DNA of 64,000 nucleotides from Escherichia coli (GTDB lineage Bacteria; Pseudomonadota; Gammaproteobacteria; Enterobacterales; Enterobacteriaceae): NCBI RefSeq assembly GCF_017348835.2, contig NZ_CP071375.1; one strand, 5' to 3'. Shown piece by piece: positions 54,418 to 64,000 of this stretch (position 1 is its first letter; each line of letters starts with the position of its first letter). The notes under the pieces were generated by a model. It saw only the letters and a program-made list of their open reading frames with translations, ran no database searches and was not told where the DNA came from. The position numbers and the translations under genes were made by a program.

Positions 54418-55575
54418 TTATCTTGATGTTTTAGATATTGCCGGTCCGGCAGCACGCAAAGTTAACTGACGCCAGAGCCATTCCACCGGCCCCTGGCGGA
54501 AGTAACGCAGCCAGATAACAGAGAAGAGGATATTCGCCAGCCATACCGGAATAACAAACGCCAGCAATCCCAGACGGTCAAACTGCATAAACAAACCGAG
54601 GTGATAAAAAAGCGTGGTACAAATCAGCGTTTGCAATAGATAGTTGGTCAGCGCCATCCGTCCGACGCAGGCGATCGCAAGCACCAGCTTAAAGCGGCTC
54701 AATTGCGGCCAGAAACCATAAAACAGCGACGCATAGCCAATCGCCTGAAACGGTGCACTCAGTTCCCGCGGCATCTGAAGTAAGAAGGCGCACCAGCGAT
54801 ATGCCCAGTCCAGCCGCCATTGCAGGGCGATGGCAGGAAGGTTAATGATCACCCCAATCGCCACCAGCACAAAACCAGTACGACGATAGTGACGTAAGCT
54901 GAACTGCCCTTTCAGCCAGCCGCTGCGCATCAGCGCCGCACCAATGAGCATCATCCCAGCCAGTTGCCAGCCATACTGTGCGCCCAGTGCCAGTAAACTG
55001 TTCCCAACACCATCGGCACGATTACTGATCGCTTCAACGCCGCCGTGAAGCTTCCAGTATTTTTCATACAAAATAGCCGATGCATCCGGCGTCCAGGCGC
55101 GGCTGGTCTGGGTATCGGAAATCAACCCCAATAACAGCAAAACGCCAAGCCCCACCAGATAAAGCATGACGCCTGTATTAAACAGGCTTTTTACCGATGG
55201 CGCATCGCGCACCAGCCGCCAGCAGATTAAGCCCACCAGCCCGTAAGCCAGCAGAATATCGCCGTCCCAGAACAATAAACCGTGAATAAAGCCCAGCAAG
55301 ACTAACAGCGTTAACCGCGACTGGATCCAGCGTCTGCCACGGGGCAGCAACATTTGCAGGCCAGCACCAAACAGCAGCGCAAAAAGCGTGAGGAATTTCA
55401 CCTGGCCGATGAGATCGAGAAATGCCCAGGTCCATGCATCCTGCGGCGTAATAGCGCCGTACCAGGCGGGATTAAGATAAGCCGCCTTTGGTAGCCCAAA
55501 GGCGCTGATGTTTAATAGCAGGATCCCCAGAATGGCGACGCCGCGAACAAAATCGAGCGTGACGTTGCGCTCCAT
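54418..55575 (-). CDS. yeiB: Inner-membrane protein of unknown function
   Basis: 385 aa multi-TM ORF downstream of folE on the same strand. Confidence 0.85.
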   Translation of the reverse strand: MERNVTLDFVRGVAILGILLLNISAFGLPKAAYLNPAWYGAITPQDAWTWAFLDLIGQVKFLTLFALLFGAGLQMLLPRGRRWIQSRLTLLVLLGFIHGLLFWDGDILLAYGLVGLICWRLVRDAPSVKSLFNTGVMLYLVGLGVLLLLGLISDTQTSRAWTPDASAILYEKYWKLHGGVEAISNRADGVGNSLLALGAQYGWQLAGMMLIGAALMRSGWLKGQFSLRHYRRTGFVLVAIGVIINLPAIALQWRLDWAYRWCAFLLQMPRELSAPFQAIGYASLFYGFWPQLSRFKLVLAIACVGRMALTNYLLQTLICTTLFYHLGLFMQFDRLGLLAFVIPVWLANILFSVIWLRYFRQGPVEWLWRQLTLRAAGPAISKTSR

Positions 55576-55591
55576 GGTTCCTGCCTTTTAA

Positions 55592-56260
55592 TCAGTTGTG
55601 ATGACGCACAGCGCGCAGAAACTCGTGGCGCGTATTCTGACTGGATTTGAACAATCCACCAAGAGAGGTCGTTGTCGTGGCACTGGTTGCATCGCGGATG
55701 CCACGCGCCTTCACGCAGTAATGCACCGCGTCGATAGAAACAGCCACGTTATTGGTGCCCAACAGCGTTTGTAGCGCAATGAGAATTTGCTGCGTCAGAC
55801 GTTCCTGCACCTGCGGACGCTGGGCAAAGAACTGCACGATACGGTTAATTTTTGACAGACCGATCACCGAATCTTTCGGGATATAAGCCACCGTCGCTTT
55901 GCCATCGATGGTAACAAAATGGTGTTCACAGGTACTGGTCAGAGTGATATCGCGCACGGTGACCATTTCATCGACCTTCATTTTGTTTTCAATGAGGGTG
56001 ATTTTCGGGAAATTGGCGTAATCCAGACCGGAGAAAATTTCATCGACATACATTTTAGCGATGCGATGCGGCGTTTCCATCAAACTGTCATCAGCCAGGT
56101 CGAGATTCAGCAGCTGCATGATTTCGGTCATATGACCAGCAATAAGGCTTTTGCGCGTTTCGTTATCCATTTCATGCACGGGCGGGCGCAGCGGTGTTTC
56201 CAGTCCTCGCGCAACTAACGCTTCATGAACCAGGGCCGCTTCTTTACTGAGTGATGGCAT
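55592..56260 (-). CDS. folE: GTP cyclohydrolase I
   Basis: Active-site region TSTCEHHFV; 222 aa. Confidence 0.95.
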
Positions 56261-56484
56261 TTATGATTTCTCCTGCAGGTGTGACGCCTCCGCCCTGCGT
56301 GGGGGCAAAGTTATTAAGCTGATTTACAGCCTGATTATTGTGCGTGAGGCGGCGCACATAATCCAGTATTCACAGCGATAATTATTGTAATTGCCGCTGC
56401 CTTTCATCAGCAGATGTTAAAACATCGTTATGCAAATACGGAAGTGAAAGTTACTCACAGCACATTGAATAAACGGTATGATGA

Positions 56485-57354
<870 letters not shown>

Positions 57355-57358
57355 AAGT

Positions 57359-57378
57359 CCGCCCGGTTCGCCGGGCAT
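57359..57378. terminator. Hairpin between convergent yeiG and cirA
   Basis: GCCCGG-TTC-GCCGGGC stem-loop followed by a T-rich tract. Confidence 0.6.
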
Positions 57379-57385
57379 CTTCTCA

Positions 57386-59377
57386 TCAGAAGCGATAATC
57401 CACTGCCATAAAGTAACGACGTCCGTCTTCGTTATAGCTGTAGTCGTCACGACTGAGATCCTTGTCGCCAAGGTTCAGCACACCTGCGCGCAGTTTGACG
57501 TCTTTAGTCACCTGCCAGGCCGCGCCGGTATTCCAGATGGTATAACCGCCCGGTGTTTTAGCCGTCGCGCTGTCGGCTCGTTTCTGCCCGGTATAGTGAC
57601 CAGAAACATAGAATGACCAGTCTTCCAGCGCCAGCGGTTTCCAGTCCAGCGTACCGTTAGCGGTATGGAACGGCAGATCGGATAGCGGTTTGTTTTCGCC
57701 GTTGCTGACATCACGACCATCGTTATAGGTGTAGTTGAGTGACAGTTTCCATTCATCGTTGAACGGAATTTTCAGTTCGGTTTCCACGCCCTGAATACGA
57801 GCTTTGTTAACGTTGTAGTAGCTAAATACCGGTATGCGCCGTCCGTTAGCGCCCGTCTCAAAACCGACAAAGTTTTGGTAGCCCGGTGCAGCATTGACGT
57901 CAGACGTACGGCTGATGCTGATGCGATCTTTCACATCGTTACGGAAAACGGTAACGCTGGATTCAACCCCTTCCAGCCAGCCTTCTTCACCCATGTAGTA
58001 CAGCCCCAGCTCCCAACTTTCGCTGGTTTCTGGTTTCAGATCCGGGCTACCTACAATCTTACATGCGCCACGGCAGGAATTGCTCGTCCAGTCAGGGCTA
58101 AGTTGCAACAGAGAAGGCGCTTTAAATGCCGTCGCCCAGCCCCCTTTCACCGTTACGGTGTCGGTGGCGTTATAAACCAGGTAGGCACGCGGACTCCAGT
58201 GTTCACCGTAGGTTTCGTGATCGTCCATACGCACGCCGGTCGTCAGCGCCAGCGGCTCGAAGATCCGCCATTCATCTTCCACAAACAGCGCGTACTGGCT
58301 GGCAGACGTTTTGGAGCTGGTTCCCCCGGTCAGGTTCACCGCATCGCTAAGTTTGTCGTGACGCCATTCACCGCCAACCGTGAGAAACTGATTAATCGCC
58401 GTCAGCGGCAACGTGTATTTGCCGTCGACCGTATTGCTTTCGGAAGTTATCGGGCTGCTGTTGCCAGGGTTTTTGTTCTCGACTTTCTCACCGTAGTATT
58501 TCAGTTCGCTGGTGCCGTAATCCCAACGCCCATTATGGCTGACGGAGTAGTTCTGGCGTTCCAGGCGGTTTTTGTCCAGCGAGTCGGAATCACGATCCTG
58601 ACGGTCGAAACCGTATCCGGCAGTAAAATCGTGATTTTGATTCGGTGTCCAGGCAAATTCGACATTGCCGTCGCGGCTGGAGAATCCTTCAATACGCGGC
58701 GTTTCTCCGGTATCGGTGGTCGTTGAGTTTTGCGGGTCATCCTTTTCACGTTTTGCCAGGCTGCCGTAAGCTTTCATTCCCAGCACACCATCAATTAATG
58801 GTCCACTGGTAAAGAACTGACCGTTATAGGTATCACCGCGATCGCGATGTTCCTGAATGGTGGTATCGACGGTAACGGTACCCGACCATTTCTGACCGAT
58901 TTTTTTGGTGATGATATTCACTACACCGCCGAGCGCATCGGAACCGTACAGCGACGACATCGGGCCACGGACCACTTCAATACGTTCGATGGAATCGACC
59001 GGGATCCAGTTCAGATCGAAATCATTGTGGCGGAAGACGGCATTGCGGGAGTTAACGCGTTTACCGTCGACAAGAATCAGGGTGTAGCTGCTGTCCAGAC
59101 CACGAATACTAACGCCCTTACGGTTATCCCCTTCGTTCGTCAGTTGTACGCCAGGCACTTCTTTGAGGACATCCTTCAGATTCTGTACCGGTTTTCGCTG
59201 CAGGTCTTCCTGGGTAATGACGCTGATACTGGCGGGTGCATCTTTAAGGTTTTGTTCAACGGAAGATGCAGTGACAACCATCGTTTCGCCATCATCATCG
59301 ACCGCTAACACAGGCCATGCACAAGAAATAGCGGACAAACACAGCCCGACCCGTACGAAAGGGTTCAACCTAAACAT
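57386..59377 (-). CDS. cirA: TonB-dependent catecholate siderophore/colicin receptor
   Basis: Signal peptide, TonB-box-like ETMVVTAS, C-terminal aromatic residue (…AVDYRF); 663 aa. Confidence 0.95.
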   Translation of the reverse strand: MFRLNPFVRVGLCLSAISCAWPVLAVDDDGETMVVTASSVEQNLKDAPASISVITQEDLQRKPVQNLKDVLKEVPGVQLTNEGDNRKGVSIRGLDSSYTLILVDGKRVNSRNAVFRHNDFDLNWIPVDSIERIEVVRGPMSSLYGSDALGGVVNIITKKIGQKWSGTVTVDTTIQEHRDRGDTYNGQFFTSGPLIDGVLGMKAYGSLAKREKDDPQNSTTTDTGETPRIEGFSSRDGNVEFAWTPNQNHDFTAGYGFDRQDRDSDSLDKNRLERQNYSVSHNGRWDYGTSELKYYGEKVENKNPGNSSPITSESNTVDGKYTLPLTAINQFLTVGGEWRHDKLSDAVNLTGGTSSKTSASQYALFVEDEWRIFEPLALTTGVRMDDHETYGEHWSPRAYLVYNATDTVTVKGGWATAFKAPSLLQLSPDWTSNSCRGACKIVGSPDLKPETSESWELGLYYMGEEGWLEGVESSVTVFRNDVKDRISISRTSDVNAAPGYQNFVGFETGANGRRIPVFSYYNVNKARIQGVETELKIPFNDEWKLSLNYTYNDGRDVSNGENKPLSDLPFHTANGTLDWKPLALEDWSFYVSGHYTGQKRADSATAKTPGGYTIWNTGAAWQVTKDVKLRAGVLNLGDKDLSRDDYSYNEDGRRYFMAVDYRF

Positions 59378-59544
59378 TCCATATCTCCATGAGGTAACTA
59401 CGAAAATAAAATGGGTTATCGCTCACATCTTCTTCACGTCCCATTGCGTACGGCAGCATCGCGGTGGACTTATTTGTATGCAGGTGATCATCCCAGAAAG
59501 CCGGAACAGCCTCTGATTTGTCAGCCTTTTTTGATTGCGGCGTA

Positions 59545-59574
59545 ACGATAATGCAAACGATAACAATTATCAAT
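59545..59574 (-). promoter_or_regulatory. Candidate Fur box in the cirA promoter region
   Basis: Reverse-strand GATAATTGTTATCGTTTGCATTATC resembles the Fur consensus GATAATGATAATCATTATC; ~170-200 bp upstream of the cirA start. Confidence 0.45.
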
Positions 59575-59624
59575 CCAAATGTTAAATTTTATATCCGCAT
59601 GATTTGTCAGGGAAATGGAATTGA

Positions 59625-59652
59625 AAAAGCCCTCTCGGTTGAGAGGGCTTAG
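59625..59652 (-). terminator. Rho-independent terminator of lysP
   Basis: AAGCCCTCTC-GGTT-GAGAGGGCTT stem-loop just after the lysP stop, flanked by A/T runs. Confidence 0.75.
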
Positions 59653-59669
59653 CAAGGAAGGGAGGAAAC

Positions 59670-61139
59670 TTATTTCTTATCGTTCTGCGGGAACTTCATT
59701 TCGCTGTAGCGTACGAAGTGAGTTCCTTTAATCAGCTTGTAGCCGAACCAAATAATCAGGAACAGCGGAATACCAATATACGTTGCCGCTACGCCGCCCC
59801 AGTCAATGGTATCTTTCAGGAACGCTTCGTAGTTCTGGCCCAAAGTGATAATCAGACACAGAATGAATGCGAAGATCGGCCCCAATGGGAAGAAACCTGA
59901 ACGGTACGGCAGATCGTTAATGTCGTGTCCCTGCAATACGTAACCGCGACGGAAGCGATAGTGGCTAATGGCAATCCCCAGCCAGGCGATAAAACCGGTC
60001 ATCCCGGAGGTATTCAGCAGCCACAGGTATACCGTCTGGTTGCCAAACATGGAGGTCAGGAAGCACAGACCGGCAATCACCGTCGTCGCATACAGCGCAT
60101 TACGCGGCACGCCACCACGCGACAGTTTAGCGAAAATGCGCGGCGCTTTACCGTCACACGCCAGGGTGTACAGCATACGAGTAGACGCATACATACCGGA
60201 GTTACCCGCTGACAGCACCGCCGTCAGAATAACTGCGTTCATCACCGCCGCCGCAGAGAGCAGACCCGCATGCTGGAACACCAGGGTGAACGGACTAACG
60301 CTGATGTCTTTAACATCGTTACGCAGCAGGCTCGGATCGGTGTACGGAATAATCAGGCTGATAATCAGAATCGCGAACACATAGAACAACAGGATTCGCC
60401 AGAACACCTGACGTACCGCGCGTGGAATGTTTTTCGCCGGATCTTCGGACTCGCCTGCAGCAATACCGATCAGCTCGGTTCCCTGGAAAGAGAAGCCGAC
60501 AATCATAGCTACGCCGATCATCGCCGCAAAACCACCAGCAAACGGCGCTTCGCCGATTGTCCAGTTGCTCCAGCCCGCAGGCTGCGCGCCTTTGAAGATA
60601 CCGATAATCATCAGCACGCCAACGATGATAAAGACAATAACTGTCGTGACTTTGATCAGTGAGAACCAGTATTCCGCTTCACCAAAGCCGCGAACAGAGA
60701 TGTAGTTCAGCAGGAAGATAACGCCGAGGAACAACGCACTCCAGATCCAGCCCGGTGTATCCGGGAACCACCAGCTCATGACCAGCTGAGCTGCAACCAG
60801 GTCAACGGCGATAGTCACCGCCCAGTTGTACCAGTAGTTCCAGCCCAGCGCGAAGCCAAAGCCTTCTTCAACATAGTTCTGACCGTAAGTGGCAAACGAA
60901 CCGGAAACCGGCATATATGCAGCCAGTTCACCGAGACTGGTCATCAGGAAGTAAACCATCAGGCCAATCAGCATATACGAGAGCAATGCCCCGCCCGGAC
61001 CTGCCTGAGAAATCGTTGCGCCAGAGGCAACAAAAAGACCTGTACCGATGGAACCGCCAATGGCAATCATCGTCAGGTGACGCGCCTTTAATTCACGGCG
61101 TAAGCCCGGCGCTTCTGTGGTTTTAGTTTCGGAAACCAT
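59670..61139 (-). CDS. lysP: Lysine-specific permease (APC family)
   Basis: 12-TM amino-acid permease, 489 aa. Confidence 0.95.
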   Translation of the reverse strand: MVSETKTTEAPGLRRELKARHLTMIAIGGSIGTGLFVASGATISQAGPGGALLSYMLIGLMVYFLMTSLGELAAYMPVSGSFATYGQNYVEEGFGFALGWNYWYNWAVTIAVDLVAAQLVMSWWFPDTPGWIWSALFLGVIFLLNYISVRGFGEAEYWFSLIKVTTVIVFIIVGVLMIIGIFKGAQPAGWSNWTIGEAPFAGGFAAMIGVAMIVGFSFQGTELIGIAAGESEDPAKNIPRAVRQVFWRILLFYVFAILIISLIIPYTDPSLLRNDVKDISVSPFTLVFQHAGLLSAAAVMNAVILTAVLSAGNSGMYASTRMLYTLACDGKAPRIFAKLSRGGVPRNALYATTVIAGLCFLTSMFGNQTVYLWLLNTSGMTGFIAWLGIAISHYRFRRGYVLQGHDINDLPYRSGFFPLGPIFAFILCLIITLGQNYEAFLKDTIDWGGVAATYIGIPLFLIIWFGYKLIKGTHFVRYSEMKFPQNDKK

Positions 61140-61343
61140 ACAAAAATGCTATCCATCTAAAAAATGAGGCGCGATTGTAGCAGACGATTGGCAATCCTTC
61201 CGGCAGAAATACACGGTTATAAGACACCTTCATGATCGCCCAGGGATTATAAGTAAAGCAGCCAATCTCTTTTCTGGCGAATGCATGCTGAAGGCGCTGC
61301 GTCACGAAATCGACACAGCACCAGCATGTTCTTGTACAGCAAC

Positions 61344-62225
61344 TTAACGCGGCACATTTGCGGGATCGCAATAGTCCAGAAAGCGCCGTAGCGCGTTGGA
61401 AAGGTGTTTTTGCCGATGATGTATACGCCACAACGTACGCATCAGGCGCGGCAGAGGGACCGCAACTTCACTTAATGTGCCTGCCTGCAATTGGTCTTCA
61501 ATCACCCGTCGCGACAGGCAACTAATTCCCAACCCATGACGCACCGCATGTTTGATTGCCTCGGAGTTACCTAATTCCATCGCCATCTCAAACTTCGGTA
61601 AATGTGACAGCAACAGATAATCGACAATCTCCCGCGTGCCGGAACCGCGTTCACGCAGGATCCACGGCGCAGCGGCCAGCTGTTCTAAGGTGACCGGACC
61701 ACGGGCCAACGGCGAAGTCGGCGCGGCGAAAACCACCAGCTCGTCTTCCAGCCACGGTTCAGAAATGATTTCAGTGCTGTGGCACGGTCCTTCAATAAAG
61801 CCAATATCAACGCGGAAATCCAGCACCGCTTGCATCACGTCCTGGCTGTTCCCAACGCTAAGTTCAATCGGCAACTGCGGATAATCATGGCGATAACGGG
61901 CGATAACTGCAGGCAGAATGTAGTTACCGATGGTACTACTGGCATAGATACGAATCGCGCCGTTGTCTTCGCGAAACAGTTGTTCGATTTCAACCGCCTG
62001 TTCAAGCAATGCCAACGCACGCGGATAGAGCAGCCGCCCGTGTTCATTAACAACCAGTCTTTTCCCCACGCGATCAAACAGTTGAACGCCAAGCTGCCCT
62101 TCCAGGTCGGTCAAGGCTGCGCTCACTGCTGATTGCGACAACGCCAGCATCACCGACGCCTGGGTGGTTGATCCACTTTTCAATACTTCTGCAAAAACTT
62201 CCAACTGCCGGAGGGTGATGTGCAT
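61344..62225 (-). CDS. yeiE: LysR-family transcriptional regulator
   Basis: N-terminal [39 protein letters not shown]; divergent from yeiH. Confidence 0.9.
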
Positions 62226-62323
62226 AGTCGCTTACCACTTATAAAGATTAATTATAAATATATAATCAATTTTATTTTTAAACCAGTTAGTCGTAACCTT
62301 ATGCCCGGTTAAAGGAGAGGGTT

Positions 62324-63373
62324 ATGACGAATATCACCTTACAGAAACAACATCGTACACTGTGGCATTTTATTCCGGGGTTAGCCCTGAGTGCAGTTAT
62401 CACCGGGGTCGCCCTGTGGGGTGGTTCCATTCCCGCGGTTGCGGGTGCCGGGTTTAGTGCCCTCACCCTCGCAATCTTGTTGGGGATGGTTTTAGGCAAC
62501 ACCATCTATCCGCACATCTGGAAAAGCTGTGACGGTGGTGTGCTGTTTGCCAAGCAATATTTATTACGTCTGGGTATCATTCTTTATGGCTTCCGTCTGA
62601 CGTTCTCGCAAATTGCCGATGTCGGTATCAGTGGGATCATCATTGACGTGTTGACGCTGTCCAGTACCTTCCTGCTGGCTTGCTTCCTGGGGCAGAAAGT
62701 GTTTGGTCTGGATAAGCACACCAGCTGGTTGATCGGTGCCGGTAGCAGTATCTGTGGTGCTGCCGCGGTACTGGCGACTGAGCCGGTAGTGAAAGCGGAA
62801 GCCAGTAAAGTAACCGTGGCTGTTGCAACCGTTGTTATCTTCGGGACCGTCGCGATTTTCCTCTACCCGGCGATATATCCGCTGATGTCTCAATGGTTTA
62901 GTCCGGAAACTTTCGGTATCTACATTGGTTCTACTGTGCACGAAGTGGCGCAGGTGGTGGCGGCAGGTCATGCCATCAGCCCGGATGCGGAAAACGCAGC
63001 AGTTATTTCCAAAATGCTGCGCGTGATGATGCTGGCTCCGTTCCTCATCCTGCTGGCGGCGCGTGTTAAACAGCTGTCTGGGGCGAACAGCGGCGAGAAA
63101 AGCAAAATCACTATTCCGTGGTTTGCCATCTTGTTCATCGTAGTTGCCATCTTTAACTCGTTCCACCTGTTACCGCAGAGCGTGGTGAACATGCTGGTAA
63201 CGCTGGATACCTTCCTGCTGGCAATGGCGATGGCGGCGCTGGGTCTGACCACTCACGTCAGCGCGCTGAAAAAAGCTGGGGCGAAACCTCTGCTGATGGC
63301 ACTGGTACTGTTTGCCTGGCTGATTGTTGGTGGTGGTGCGATTAACTATGTGATTCAAAGCGTCATCGCATAA
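62324..63373 (+). CDS. yeiH: Inner-membrane protein of unknown function
   Basis: 349 aa multi-TM ORF divergent from yeiE. Confidence 0.9.
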   Translation: MTNITLQKQHRTLWHFIPGLALSAVITGVALWGGSIPAVAGAGFSALTLAILLGMVLGNTIYPHIWKSCDGGVLFAKQYLLRLGIILYGFRLTFSQIADVGISGIIIDVLTLSSTFLLACFLGQKVFGLDKHTSWLIGAGSSICGAAAVLATEPVVKAEASKVTVAVATVVIFGTVAIFLYPAIYPLMSQWFSPETFGIYIGSTVHEVAQVVAAGHAISPDAENAAVISKMLRVMMLAPFLILLAARVKQLSGANSGEKSKITIPWFAILFIVVAIFNSFHLLPQSVVNMLVTLDTFLLAMAMAALGLTTHVSALKKAGAKPLLMALVLFAWLIVGGGAINYVIQSVIA

Positions 63374-63387
63374 ACCACTACATCTTG

Positions 63388-63439
63388 CTCCTGTTAACCC
63401 GCTATCATTACCGTTTTCCTCCAGCGGGTTTAACAGGAG
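63388..63439 (+). promoter_or_regulatory. Stem-loop between yeiH and nfo that pairs the nfo Shine-Dalgarno
   Basis: CTCCTGTTAACCCGCT...(19 nt)...AGCGGGTTTAACAGGAG; the 3' arm ends in the AGGAG RBS 8 nt upstream of the nfo ATG. Confidence 0.5.
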
Positions 63440-63446
63440 TCCTCGC

Positions 63447-64000
63447 ATGAAATACATTGGAGCGCACGTTAGTGCTGCTGGCGGTCTGGCAAATGCCGCA
63501 ATTCGCGCCGCCGAAATCGACGCAACCGCGTTTGCCTTGTTCACCAAAAACCAACGTCAGTGGCGTGCCGCACCGCTCACGACGCAAACCATCGATGAAT
63601 TCAAAGCCGCCTGTGAAAAATATCACTACACATCGGCGCAAATTCTTCCCCACGACAGCTATCTGATTAACCTCGGACATCCGGTCACTGAAGCTCTGGA
63701 AAAATCGCGCGATGCCTTTATAGATGAAATGCAGCGTTGCGAACAACTGGGGCTTTCTTTGCTCAACTTCCACCCTGGCAGCCATCTGATGCAGATTTCA
63801 GAAGAGGATTGCCTTGCGCGTATTGCCGAATCCATCAACATTGCGCTGGATAAAACTCAAGGTGTGACCGCGGTGATTGAAAACACCGCCGGTCAGGGCA
63901 GTAACTTAGGGTTTAAATTCGAACATCTCGCGGCGATTATCGACGGCGTGGAAGATAAATCCCGTGTCGGCATCTGCATTGATACCTGCCATGCTTTCGC
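63447..64000 (+). CDS. nfo: Endonuclease IV, N-terminal 184 codons (gene runs off the window end)
   Basis: ATG at 63447 translates [39 protein letters not shown]...; open to the end of the window. Confidence 0.9.
   Translation, partial: MKYIGAHVSAAGGLANAAIRAAEIDATAFALFTKNQRQWRAAPLTTQTIDEFKAACEKYHYTSAQILPHDSYLINLGHPVTEALEKSRDAFIDEMQRCEQLGLSLLNFHPGSHLMQISEEDCLARIAESINIALDKTQGVTAVIENTAGQGSNLGFKFEHLAAIIDGVEDKSRVGICIDTCHAF

Overview
This 64 kb window reads as an Escherichia coli chromosomal segment, colinear with the K-12 metG-to-nfo region, carrying about 58 protein genes with no rRNA, tRNA, CRISPR array, IS element or prophage. Gene order is the yehBCDE cryptic chaperone-usher fimbrial genes (yehB truncated at the window edge), apbC and metG, three tandem giant MolR-family genes, yehK, a small toxin ORF with a divergent small RNA, the yehLMPQ operon, yehR, yehS, btsSR, mlrA, yohO, the yehWXY-osmF transporter, bglX, dld, pbpG, yohC, yohD, yohF, a frameshifted mdtQ, yohP, dusC, yohJK, cdd, sanA, yeiS, preTA, mglCAB, galS, yeiB, folE, yeiG, cirA, lysP, yeiE, yeiH and the start of nfo. 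The best candidate for an undescribed system is the block at 5690-23694: three MolR-like paralogs (1266, 1010 and 1210 aa; the first two share a near-identical N-terminal WGR-like module) next to a translationally coupled yehLMPQ operon encoding a MoxR-type AAA+ ATPase, a 759 aa protein with no motif I recognise, a VWA/MIDAS protein and a double SWIM zinc-finger protein. Between these blocks sits what looks like a zorO/orzO-type type I toxin-antitoxin module, which would indicate a non-K-12 strain background. All gene names rest on motifs read from the translations and on recalled gene order; no database search was run, and strain-level statements are inference.
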